Of a stretch of 64,000 nucleotides of DNA, positions 27,330 to 39,236 are shown piece by piece. Origin of the DNA: Octopus sinensis (taxonomy: Eukaryota). The stretch lies in NCBI RefSeq assembly GCF_006345805.1, contig NC_043002.1:117056001-117120000 (forward strand), written 5' to 3'. The translations under genes were made by a program, and so were the position numbers. The notes under the pieces are model-generated. The model searched no databases. It was not told the DNA's origin and was given only the letters and a program-made list of their open reading frames with translations. Position 1 is the stretch's first letter; the number at the start of each line of letters is the position of its first letter.

Positions 27330-28690
27330 TTTGTTCTTTTTTTTTTGAGAACACCGACATATCTACGCTTTTATGCAAATATGTGGTTGTATACTTTAGT
27401 GCGCCTATGGTAACAAGCACAGATGAACATTTATAACTTGATTATAAGTACTATAGATTCCTCTTTTTATTTTCTCTGCAATTGTTCTCATTTGCCTTAC
27501 AATAATACTTGACTTTTAGTTCCAATTCCAAACAGCAATATTTGGACTATTGTGTTTACATTAGGTTGGTGTTTTGTCAGACTGTTCCTCCAGCAACATA
27601 TCTATTTTTTAAAATGCGGATACATTCTGGTTTTTGTGTGCTTTTCATTATCATAGGAAGATAGCACAGTAGATAATTTTAGTAATAATGTTGTATATCA
27701 TAGAAAGGTAGCGTCTTGCGGACTCTACTAGAAAGTTGCTGCAAGGTATGAGATCACCAAAAGTAGTATGGCCCGATCGGCATGATCTGTCACAAAGTGG
27801 AGATTTAGATGCATCTTTACCTCTCTCTCTCTCTCTCTCTCTCTAGTCAAAACATTAGTGGGTGTCACCTGTTCCTGGATTGCAAAGATGTTGCTTTTCC
27901 ATGAGATGTGATGTATCTATCACAGGTCCATGAGATGCTGCTATTCCTATCAATGCTAGTATTCTGTAGCTTGTGGTATATGTGTCCATGCATAACTTTC
28001 TCCGCCTAGTTTTTGTTTAAATATGTCAGTCCAGCTGCCTTTTGTTCACATGGAAATGTTGTACACTCGGAGTACCTGTGCAGGTGATGTTGGCCTAATC
28101 ACATGAATTTTATTACTTTTGTTGCTAAGTACACTTCTCTCTCTACTATTCACCAGGCGTTGTCTAAATGATAGTCGCGGCCCTCAAATACCATCAGGGG
28201 TCATATTTAGCCTCTTCCTCCATCTTCACTTTTAATGTAGATCCTGACAGTTGGTGTGGAAGTTACCGGTAGTTGTTAGCATTCAAGTTGTGTATTTCTT
28301 CAAGTTTCTATGTATGTTGATATAAACTCCAGTACAGTGAAAGTATTGTGGGATATGCTTTTATTGAATGTGAACAACTCTGACTTCTGTAATATTCAAA
28401 GTTTGCTAAAGTGCTAGTTTGTCATTCTAGCTTCGCTCACTCCATCAACATACGCTATATTCTTCTCAATTCTGAGGTACCTGTAACATTCATTCAATGG
28501 AGATGGAGAAGATAGATAAGCTATTAATATCCATATTTGTTTGGTCTACAAACGTTCTTCCTTTGTGAAGATCCTATCATCCAGACTTTGCTTTTCCTTT
28601 AGGGGGATGACAAGGGGTCCACTGGCAGGATGAAAGATATGCATAAGCTGTCACCCTAAAATATTTCCTCTTGAAAACCTACTCCACTTA
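27330..28690 (-). mobile_element. Decayed RLE-type non-LTR retrotransposon (RT to pre-zinc-knuckle region)
   Basis: Reverse translations FKRKYF*GDSL..ILPVDPLS, YRYLRIEKNIAYVDG, KSELFTFNK and EKVMHGHIYHKL..IDRNSSISW//FAIQEQVTPT. Confidence 0.8.
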
Positions 28691-29471
28691 ATAATTTTAG
28701 TAACTTTTGTCTACAAACTTGGTTTCTAATTTCAGTTTTGTATGTTCCTGAAGTTTCGCGAATGTACCATCTGTATTGCGTTTCATAAGTATGAAAACAT
28801 ATTTTTATGTGACTGGCCTACACTGGTTCAAGGTGTTTGTATTTTCAATCATGGAACTCAGCTGTTTCCGTTGAATGAACAATGTGATGGCCGACAAGTA
28901 TATCTGGACACACACACACAAACACATATTGATTGGTTGACTGATTGAATGAATGATTGATTGATTTCCATTGATTTGATTGGCCTGTTTTTCAAAAGTT
29001 CAAAATTATATGCTGTTTTTATCCTTCTTATTTTTTCGTTCAACACTATGCTAATAGGATCCCAAATAACTTACAGGGTGTTAAACACATTTCGGTATCC
29101 TCTGATTTCTCAGCTAAGCTTTGAAATGCAGATGAATTGTCGCTGAGTAGGCATAAGTTAGCCTACGACTGTTCAGGCGTGCTACGGCATGTACATCCCT
29201 GTTGGCATTAAAGTTATTATTCTTTTACGTATCTCTATTTGTTTACGAAAAGATAGTAAAGTTGTGTTCAAACGGATCATTCAATCATATGCATCAGTTT
29301 ATATTTGATAAAACGTTTAGTTTGGTTAATCCAGGATGTTTGATATTTCAGATTTTAGTGTATACTTTGATTCCAGTCACGAATGACTTAAAGGAAACTT
29401 TTAGCCAATGTGATTTTGTCCGTTCATTATTAAGTTATATTTTTAAGCACATTGTCGACAATGTGTGTGTA

Positions 29472-29552
<81 letters not shown>

Positions 29553-30599
29553 CGTGAATGTACACGCGCATATATATATGGGATAATGTTCTTTAGTTCA
29601 GACAAATTTTTATCACTATTAAATTGAAGGTTATTCATATCTTCAGTTAGCTTTTTGTAAGAGAGATTCAATGCTATAAATGTACCTGTGCAACAATTTG
29701 TCTGTAGCGTCGCTTGTTTAATTTGTCGATAAATATTTGAATGCCACAGTATATGTACTTTCTAGATATTTAGTAATATTTCTATATAACCTTGCCTACA
29801 TTTGGTTGCTCAGCCTTACCATAACACAGTATGTTGCTTTCAGAGAGAGACATAATTACATCCGTCTTAATATCGACCTGATTGTAGTACAAGCATGCAT
29901 GAATGTATGTATGCATGTATGCATGCAAGCATATATGTATGTCTGCACCTATGTATGTATAAATATATATGTATGTATGTATATATGTATGTATGCATGC
30001 TTCTGACGTGCAAATTCGGTCGTCGGAATTGAGTGTAAGGCCAAAAGACCAATCGAGCCGTCTCTGATGCAGGCCAGCATCAGTATTCTGTTAATCAATC
30101 GTCGCCATGAATTCCTTTTCATTGTTTCTTCGCTTTACAATAATGTGGATAATGTCTTCAGTTTTGATTTTGGATAGACTATATTTATTTCAACTGATTA
30201 TTTTTGTCTTTTGTGGTTGGTAATGGGAGTTTCTTTTCTTTCATTTGCATTGAAATAAGTTTCAAGGTGAGATGTTACAAACCTCTCGATACTTCATGCC
30301 AGGTTGTGTATATTTTAATCTCTCTATTACTTGAATTTTTCGCCTCAAGTACCCCGTACAATCTTCTTATTTAACTGCTCTAGTTTTTATTATTTACTGT
30401 GTTTCTTGTAGAAATATTAGAGTCAACTCTCATTTTACGTCTCTCACCTCTCTCTTATTAACTATCCTGTATTTCGTGCAGAGAAACATAACTAAGATAG
30501 CTGTCGCCCCTTTTGGTTTCCGAGATGTGTTGCTTCAGTGTTACAATCCGGGTCTCGTACGACGTTGGTATACAGACATATATATATATATGTATATCC

Positions 30600-31225
30600 G
30601 AACCCGCCCTGTAGTCTCCCGCCTCCCTTTTCCCCTCCCTTACCACCCCACGACCCTACGTCTCCAACGCACCATTCTTCGAGCTTTCCGTCATCTCCAG
30701 TCCGACCCGTCCACTTCACACCTCTTCCCTAACCGACCCCTCCCCTCTTTCAAACGAGCCCACAACCTTCGAGACCTTTTGGTCCATAGCTCCTTCCCTG
30801 ACCCTACCTCCCAACCCGGCTCGTTCCCCTGCTCCCGCCCACGTTGCCGCACTTGCCCTTACCTCTCCAACACCACCCGCCTCACTAGCACCCACCATCG
30901 ACCCTATCCCATCATCCACTCCTTCACCTGCACCTCCAGCAATATTATCTATTGCATCTCTTGCTCTCTCTGCAATTCCTTGTACATCGGACAAACGGGA
31001 CGCCGCTTGGCTGACGGTTCGCGGAACACCTTCGTGACATCCACTTGCGAACGACACACCGGTCTCACGCCATTTCCGCTCCACCGGTCACTCCTTGCAA
31101 CACCTATCTGTGTTCGGTTTGTCCTTACACAGAGGCCATCCGGATTCCCGTTTGCGCCGTGAACAGGAATTAATCTTCTCTCTTCGCTCTTATACGCCAT
31201 TTGGTCTCAACTCTCCCCCCTCCTC
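30600..31225 (+). pseudogene. PLE GIY-YIG endonuclease coding remnant with two apparent 1-nt deletions
   Basis: The frame moves from ORF 30476 to ORF 31095 through two -1 shifts at ~31015 and ~31048; no stop codons seen in the reconstructed frame. Confidence 0.85.
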
Positions 31226-32099
31226 ATCTAACCCCCCTCTCCCCCCTCCTCACCTATCGTTTCCCCCCCCGACCCCTACTTCTTCAGTCCTTCATCCTTC
31301 ACCCTACTCCCCTTCCTTCTTCCTCTTTCTCCCTCCCTCCTTCCCTCTTCCCCTTCCCTCTGCTCCTTCACTCCCTCACTCCCCTTCTCTCTCCCCTCTC
31401 CCTCTTTCCTCCTCCTCCCCCTCCTCCCCTTTCTTTTCCCCCTCCTCTCTCTCCCCATCCTCTCCTCTTCCCCCTCTCCTCCCCCTCTTCTTCCCCTCCC
31501 CTTCTCGCCCCCTCTTCTCCCCTCCCCCTCTTCTCCTCACTACACCACACGACTTTACACATCACATCATATATGATGTGCCATACTAATACATACACCA
31601 ACTAATACATACTAATACGTACTAATACATACTAATACATACTAATACATACTAATACATACACCAACCCTATACATACACACGTCCTCATACGCACTTA
31701 TACTCTCTCATACACACACACACACACACTTATACATACTAATACGTACTAATACATACTAATACATACTAATACATACACCAACCCCATACATACGCAC
31801 GTCCAGACCAATCCTACGCACTAATACTCTCTCATACACACACACACACACACATACACACCCTTATACATACTAATACATACACCAACCCTATACATAC
31901 ACACGTCCAGACCCATCCTACGCACTATTAGCTGGTCCTTCAACCCTATTATCAACCCTATTATCTCCCCTTATTTCGCTCTCGCGTCTCATGTTTGATC
32001 TTTGACCTCTGGCCGAAATCAGATCGCCATGTTGATTCGTTAGCTACTGCACGCATTTTTTTTCTCTCCTTCTTTCTGTGTTTTTTTTCTCTCTGTGTA

Positions 32100-32137
32100 T
32101 CTTTCTGTTGAAGAGCGTAGGCTCGAAACGTTAAAGA
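32100..32137 (+). ncRNA. Minimal hammerhead-like motif in the PLE terminal repeat (CUGUUGA variant)
   Basis: TCTTT-CTGTTGA-A-GAGC(GTAG)GCTC-GAAAC-GTT-AAAGA; stems I and II pair perfectly. Confidence 0.65.
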
Positions 32138-32239
32138 CTTGTTTTATTTATATTTCCTGAGCGCCATGCTAATACAATTGTTCGTTTGTTTTCCACCTGC
32201 CTTCGTCTTTTGTCTATTTTCATAAAGCTTCCCGTTATA

Positions 32240-32260
32240 CATATATATATATATATATAT

Positions 32261-32293
<33 letters not shown>

Positions 32294-32395
32294 AACAAAG
32301 ATAAATGCGATACAATAAAATTAATTATAATCGCCGGTGTACCAGTATATATATATATGTATATATATATAATATATATATATAAATAAATATAA

Positions 32396-32455
<60 letters not shown>

Positions 32456-32506
32456 CATACATACATATATATACATACGCATACATATGAATGAATGTAT
32501 GAATAC

Positions 32507-32572
<66 letters not shown>

Positions 32573-32770
32573 GTAGGTAGTAGGTAGGTAGGTAGGTAGG
32601 TAGGTAGATAGGTAGGTAGGTAGGTAGGTATGTAGGTAGGTAGGTAAGTAGGTAGGTAGGTAGGTAGGTAGGTAGGTAAGTAGGTAGGTAGGTAGGTAGG
32701 TAGGTAGGTAGGTAGGTAGGTAGGTAGGTAGGTAGGTAGGTAGATAGATAGATTGATAGATAGGCAGACA
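32240..32770. repeat. Compound (TA)n/(GATA)n/(GGTA)n microsatellite
   Basis: Directly visible. Confidence 0.95.
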
Positions 32771-32999
32771 AAAAGACAGACAGATTCACGGACTGTTATG
32801 AATACTTGAGTTAATTAATGTGTGCCTTTTTGTAGGTTTACGTGTGAATATGCTTAGATTGATCTAAAACAAATCTGCTTGCCTCTATAGTACACGTGTT
32901 GAAAGCACGATTTCGTTGTCTTCACATGAATTTGTGTACCAGCGTATCACACGCTTATAGTTGATTCGGTCAAATGATTCGGTCAAATAGTTCTCTAAC

Positions 33000-33800
33000 G
33001 CTCAATGTCTTTTGTCGGCTCTTAACGTACATTTTAGGTAACCTTCATAAACTCGTAACTAGGGATTTGTGAATGCATTATTCACTTTGCACCTAATCAT
33101 AGCAACCAGTTGCACAATGTTTCTCCGTAGTTTGTCCCGTTTTTCAGTAAATAGGTGACATACTTCGGTTGTGTTATCATTTAGAGAGATCTCCAAATAC
33201 TTGAATGATTTATGCAACACAATACAGCAAAACATCCAATGTCCAAACTCTGGGGGTTTCATTTTGTGCTAGGTGTTCTTTAGTAACTTGATAGACCACA
33301 GATAACATCAAGTCAATGAGTTTTCTATTGACTCCTGTTCGAATCATTTTCTTTTAGTAGCTTGAAGATGTATGTTCTCCTTATATTTAGAAGTTCTCAT
33401 TAAATTTTGCTGTAAGTTGTGTTCTGAGCAGTTTGTATTTTGCATGCATTCTATTTTTCGTATGACTTTGTAGCGGCGGTATTCTATTTCATAGCTGTGT
33501 TATTGTTATCGATTTTGTTTTGTCCGTGGTCCATGTTTTTAGTAGTTTTCTCTAGAGCACATTCTACTTGCCTGTTGATGCCGTTATCTGTTGAGCATAT
33601 TTTGATAACCAGATCTGCTCAGTAGAGCTCTATCGTTCTTTTCAAAGAACGTAACTCGCTGCAAATTTGCTTCGCAGTGAAATGTAAATACTTATCATCT
33701 TCGAGTCATTAACTGAGCGAGTATCCTGTACATTTTTGTAGGATAAGCGAAGTTCTTGGTTCAGTTTAAAAAATCCTCTGAGATTTATCTTGATAGTTTT
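33000..33800 (-). mobile_element. Possible decayed Penelope-like remnant
   Basis: Only weak similarity to the PLE RT C-terminus/endonuclease region; no intact motif. Confidence 0.25.
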
Positions 33801-34404
33801 GCACGATCAATGGCTGAACTATTCCCTGCTTTACCATAATGTATGTATTAGTAATTCATGTGTCATTCACCAGTTTAAATTTACCGCCTGATTACTCCAA
33901 TTTTCTTCGCCGAACGAACGCTTCTTCCCATTTATCCAATGAAGCCAACCAATATTTTTAGTATTGTTTTGGTTTGTTTTTGTAATTTACCAGTGTTGCG
34001 GTTTTTCTTTCTTTTTCTTGTCTTTTACTAGGTTTGTAAGTTCAAAACTTTTGGGGAAAGTACTCATTACACAAAAGATGGAATAGTCTCCTATTCTGAC
34101 TCGATTGATTTCGACACAATATATGTAAATATGTATGTATGCTTGCAACAAATGGAAATAAAGACTATGCTCTAAGAGAAATAGAATCAATAGGGATCCA
34201 AAACATTTATATGACTAGCTAACTTGCACTAGTCAATCGATATCTTTGTAAGAGTATAAATTTCTTCTTTACACGAGATGTTCCTTCAAATTCGTTTAAA
34301 TTTTATTTATCATCGCCCATTATTATAATAAATTTGTATCAATAACATTTATTTATATGCAGACCTTGAAAATACTTAAACTGTAATAATAAAATTCTAC
34401 TTAC

Positions 34405-34856
34405 CTAACTGAAGTTTAGCTGGAGATTCTGGTGGAACCCAGAAGATAACCAACGTTAACAAAGATAAAAGAGCACAGGGGAGGATGAGGATAAAACTGT
34501 AAAAAGCTACTTTTCTTCGTAGTCGAAGTCGAAAAGTTAAATCGGGATAGGGCTCTGGGCAACACGCATACTTTCGCACATTCCTCACCGCGACATTTTC
34601 CATGATATCCCACTCATTACTTAACATATAATCGTTTAAATCCATTTTCGGAGCAGAGCGAAACACCACGTCCACCTTGAATCCGTCATATGTCCACGAA
34701 CCAAATTTGAGCTTACACTCTTGGTCGTCAAACGGAAAAAAGGTGATGTCGAAGAAACAAGAGCTTTTAAGAATCGCTTGAGGCATCCAAAGAGTACCGC
34801 CAGTATAGTTAACCACGACCAAAGCCTCCCGTTGTTCTTTCAAACGAGTATCAGCA
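34405..34856 (-). CDS. nAChR exon, 452 bp: Cys-loop, loops B and C (vicinal CC), M1 and M1-M2 linker (ADTRLKEQ...CFFDITFFPFDDQEC...GSWTYDG...YACCPEPY...PPESPAKLQL-G)
   Basis: C-x13-C loop, WTYD, YxCCxEPY and a hydrophobic M1. Acceptor ...ttttctaattgcAG at 34858-34857, donor GTAAG at 34404. 1+450+1 nt. Confidence 0.97.
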
Positions 34857-36059
34857 CTGCAATTAGAAAAATGATATAATAAAAGATAAGAATTTATTAA
34901 GTAATATTTTTTATATATTTTATTTATGGAAATGAATTCATTTACAAGTAACACGAATCAAATTATATCTATACGACTATGATGTGGAACATAAAAAGCC
35001 ACCAAGTAAGAAAAGTGAATTTGTCTAAATATATCAATAGGGCAGTATTTTAGGTATATAGTGACTTGTATACTGACTAGTATACTTTTCTTCAATGCTT
35101 TACAAAAATAAGAATATCTGAGTCATAATGTAAACTTATTAATTTGAATGTTTGTAACCACATAAAATATTTTATACAGCACAGTACTGAAAGAAGAATC
35201 AATTTAAATTACTAATAAATGGTGTTGCTCTATACTAAATATTAAAAACATGAACTACTTTCGTTTTGTGTTTTAATCATTTTGACATTTGTTAAAAAAA
35301 TGGTTGCAACAGCACTAAATATATATATAATGAAATGGATTTCGAGTACCAGGATGTACTCGAAAGCCTGATATTTAATCATTCTATAAATGTGAGAATC
35401 ATAATGCATCTAAGGACATGTCTGACAACCTATTTATATTGTACGATCCAACATTGTATTTCAATAGATATCCAGTATGTTGGAGACTTGCAAATATCGT
35501 TTGGCACCCGTGCACTTCCTGAAAAAATTAATTTTACAAACAGTTGTCAAGTAACATTCAAATGAAATTATTTTATAGTTTACGACGTAGGATCCCGATT
35601 CTTGCTTTCTTTTCAATATGCTTAACAGGCCCTATATTTTAAGGGGTCGAGGTAAGAAACAAGAAACAATGTAAATAATATGTTATGCTTTTAATTGCTT
35701 TAGTAGAAGCCTAATACAAGCAGGTGTCCATAAGCAATCACAAAATCGGCAAAAGAGACCGACAGAATAAGTGCCAGGCATAAACAAACAAAAAAGGAAT
35801 ACTGGGGTCAATTCATGCTACTAAAAGCTCTTCAAGGCGGTGCTCCATCATGGCCGCAATCCAATGACTGAAACAGGTCAAAGATAAAAGATAATTGCTT
35901 ACGTTGCCTGACAAATGCTGAAAATGTGATACTATGATCACTGAGAAAGTAATAAAGTAATACTCATACTTTAATACATTCATGTATGTGTGCGTATGTT
36001 TATGTGTATTATGTATCTATGTATATCTATGTATGTATGCACATATATATTTCAAAATG

Positions 36060-36270
36060 TAACCACGTTTGGATCGTTGGCGATTTTCTCCTTCCGTCTT
36101 CCTTTCTATTGGACTTTCCTCTGTTTCTGAAGAAGAGCATTGCTCAAAACGTTAAACCATCTTTCTTTCCTCTCCTGAGCGTCTGCTAATACTTTACATG
36201 TACCACATCCTCGCGATGTTGTTTTTTTGTGTTTGTTGTTCTTTTGGGGGATTTACTATATATATATATG
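36060..36270 (+). mobile_element. Solo PLE-type terminal repeat with degenerate hammerhead (36123-36157)
   Basis: GTTT-CTGAAGA-A-GAGC(ATT)GCTC-AAAAC-GTT-AAAC, then a cctgagcg..gctaatac motif shared with 32157-32176, ending in (TA)n. Confidence 0.7.
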
Positions 36271-36275
36271 TTTCT

Positions 36276-36538
36276 TTTTTAACCGGGGCAGTCAAAATAT
36301 GCAAGGCCTTTCACAAGTTGAAAATGTGCATTTATCTTCGTTATCTACATTTCAACGATGAAGTTTTGTATCTCTGTTCTTGTTAGAAATCAGCCCCTTC
36401 CTAAGAGGAAGCTATCCAAGAACTAAAAACAGACACAAGAGAGAAAGTACACATGCGCATGCGCGCGCGTGTGTGTAGATAAATGCACATTTTAAACTTG
36501 TGAAAGGCCTTACATATTTTTACTGCATCGGTTAAAAA
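36276..36538. repeat. 62-bp inverted repeat (36276-36337 / 36477-36538, 5 mismatches)
   Basis: Direct comparison of the two arms. Confidence 0.92.
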
Positions 36539-37260
36539 TTGCATTTGTAATGTGCGAAGTTGCTGGTTGATTTCTCTTTCTGAAAGTCCTAGCTTATCCA
36601 AATTTTCACGCAGGCATTTTCTCAGAAAACCAAATGCAGCAATCAGTATTGATATAAATGTGAGTCCATAATCTGGATGTATAAACTGGAGTTTCGAATT
36701 AGTTGACCGTAAGTATCCTAGACATTCGCATCAGCTGGGCAGCTGACCTCTGGGCTGCTACATACTTTTCTTGTCTGTCCCAGACAGAGTATCCGGTCTG
36801 TTATGTTTACAAAAGTTTTGATGACAATGTTCCACTAACTTTCATTTCGTTGATGTTTGCTTATCTTTTCAAGGACAGGGATATTCTCTATATTAATTCC
36901 AGGAGAGTCTTTTTTCGAATGGTATTGCATACTGTTTTGGAAACAACATCGAGTAGTGCCTTGAAGATATTTATCGATAGATTCTGATCACAAGTGCGAT
37001 GTCTTCCACAGAAACATTGCATAATCTACATTTTCGGTTGCATCGTGGAACCCCAAATACTTCATTGTCTCTTTTGTTGACTAGATATTTCGTAGCAATC
37101 TCCTGTTCTTGGATTGGAAATACATAACCATCGACGTCTGACATGATGTAACGTTTACCAGTCCAGTAGAGGCTGCCCTTCATGACAGCTTTTCATAAAT
37201 TGAATGATATATACGTCTTTTGCATAATGCAGCGTGAACCAGAGAGATGAAATATATTGG
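36477..37260 (-). mobile_element. 3' part of an RLE-type non-LTR retrotransposon (zinc knuckle + RLE endonuclease + ORF end)
   Basis: FPIQEQEIATKYL..KCRLCNVSVEDI, CKHNRPD, and terminal DKLGLSEREINQQLRTLQMQ..AVKICKAFHKF. Confidence 0.8.
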
Positions 37261-37546
37261 AAAATCTGGTTCTGAAGGAAAATATATTTAGAATGTAAAC
37301 ACAGTCTTTCTAAGTGTGTTTATGTGAGAAAAAGGTGGGTGAAATAATAATTTGTTCGCTATTGCTCAAAGAAGACGTAATAGGTTTCCTCAGACAATAT
37401 CATAGACGACACAACTTGTATATACAAAGCAGTCATAATATGTGTGTGTGTGTGTGTGCGTATGTGTATGTATGTATGGATGGATGAATGGATATGTATA
37501 CATATATGTGTGTATGTATGTATGTATATGTATGTATGTATGTATG

Positions 37547-37629
<83 letters not shown>

Positions 37630-37672
37630 TTAGTATATTTATGTGCATGTATAAGCTATGAGAAGCACTTAC

Positions 37673-37782
37673 AAGTTGTATAATAAGATGTCGGGTAGCC
37701 AGATTCTGTCAGATGGAACGCGGATGTTTGAAATATTGCCATGTTCTTCTGGATCCCATTTCAAAAGATGGTCCGTCCAAAC
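37673..37782 (-). CDS. nAChR exon, 110 bp ([37 protein letters not shown]), loop A; not in the ORF track
   Basis: Hand translation of the reverse complement. Acceptor ...ttttttaatttggcAG, donor GTAAGT at 37672. Phase 0 in, phase 2 out, joining both neighbours in frame (TT|T GCT GAT = F-A-D). Confidence 0.95.
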
Positions 37783-39024
37783 CTGCCAAATTAAAAAATT
37801 AGCCATTAAAAACAAGTTCACTGTTAAAATATGGTTTGTTTTTAAAAATTCATTACTTTTTAATTTTTTCTTTTATCAACTCTAAAAAACAATATATTAA
37901 GGATAATATCTATTTTCATAAACTAATATTAGAAAATGTTACGGCTATGCAATGTTCACATGAAGCTTACGTGAAAATATTTGCGTCAAAACACTGTTTT
38001 TCAACATAACTGGCAATACATATCGATCTACATTGCCAGCAATATTTGAAAATATACGAAGATATGTGAAAATATATAGTTTTTGTAAAGGTCTGTCATA
38101 GTCAAAATGGTGCTTCATTACGCATCAGCAATTATATATAGACTAACTAAGAATATTGGAATAGCATATCCTTACACAGTATCAGGTATCATTTTTTAAT
38201 GACGTTATCTACACACTTATGATCGAAGTCTCTATGGATCTATACTCAAAAGGTATAAATCCATATATTATATTTTATTTGTACAATAGTTGATGCAGCC
38301 ACGATTCGTTCCACTGCTATAATTTACTTAGCGCCTGATGGTATTTACTACAACACCGAGTATAAAAGGTAAATATGGATTTCACTATGACAATAATTTA
38401 TTTCATAAATGCGCAAGGTTCCACTGACTCTACAACATTTGAATAATTTATTGATTAGTGTACCTTATCACATCATTTTGTAAAGTTTCTAAAGAGATGG
38501 TTCTCTAATATTTTAAAACACTATTGATATAAGATGCTCAAAACAGCAGAAACCTGTCCGGAGCTGTTTCCTGTACTTGCCGGGAAAATAATATATTAAT
38601 ATATTCTTCTCATCATATATATTACTTTTTGTTTAGCCTTTTTAATGCTCCGTAATTTAATTTGATGGCATCCATTTACTTATTGAAATTATATACAAAC
38701 GTTTTACTAAGATAGAAGCCAACCTTCCATTTGTTTTACACTTAGAAATTATATTGTGTTGTTGAATAATTGCATTTGCTGATGATGATTATATAATTCC
38801 ATTGAGAACCAAACTCAATAAACATGTAATAAGTTATGGTCTATTTAAGTTGGAAATCGAACTAAAGTTAGTTTTTCTTAAATTCTACACTTGAAGTGTA
38901 ATGGGAAAGAAGAAACTAGCAAAATTAGATGATAATAATTGAATCATTATTTAATATAGTCTTCAAATTGCAAATTACATTCATTCAGGAACAAAATATA
39001 GAGAATTTTTCTTATATTACGTAC

Positions 39025-39236
39025 ATAGTTATACCAGATATTTGTCACTAGTACTTGATTTTTTTCATCTACATCGACAATCTGAATGAGGCTGAGGTCA
39101 AAGTTGACGGTGACGGTCTCCGATGTGTTGAGCACGGGCCTGCCTATCTTTCCTAGTCGGGCATACCGATCTAGCAGGCGCTTCACCAGGAGCTTCTCCT
39201 CAGAGACAGGCAGGTTATGATTGAAAGCGGCTGACA
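39025..39236 (-). CDS. nAChR alpha-type subunit, internal coding exon (N-terminal helix to loop D; SAAFNHNLPVSEEKLLVKRLL...RPVLN...DVDEKNQVLVTNIWYNY)
   Basis: Cys-loop N-terminal motifs (E-xx-L-xx-L, RPV-N, DVDEKNQ, W of loop D). Polypyrimidine acceptor ...ttttctttcatttcAG at 39238-39237 and donor GTACGT at 39024. 212 bp, phase 1 in, phase 0 out. Confidence 0.95.

Larger units (their letters stand above)
30592..32240 (+). mobile_element. 5'-truncated Penelope-like element: RT-thumb/linker + GIY-YIG endonuclease, CT-rich tract, tandem repeats and terminal repeat with hammerhead motif
   Basis: PYHP..FKRAHNLRDLLV..FPCSRPRCRTC..FTCTSSNIIYCISCSLCNSLYIGQTGRRLAD/RFAEHLRDI/NDTPVSRHF..EQELIFSLRSYTPFGLN. 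Confidence 0.92.

Noticed and set aside
30476-30591. N-terminal part of the 228-aa ORF, and a possible reverse hammerhead (ctgaagc...gaaac) at ~30500-30540
   Set aside because: It lies upstream of the (AT)n junction and is not PLE coding sequence; the putative ribozyme core and stems are not intact.
34405-39236. Possibility that the gene is a cephalopod chemotactile receptor
   Set aside because: It keeps the vicinal cysteines and canonical ACh-binding aromatics and has coding introns, unlike the divergent chemotactile receptor family.
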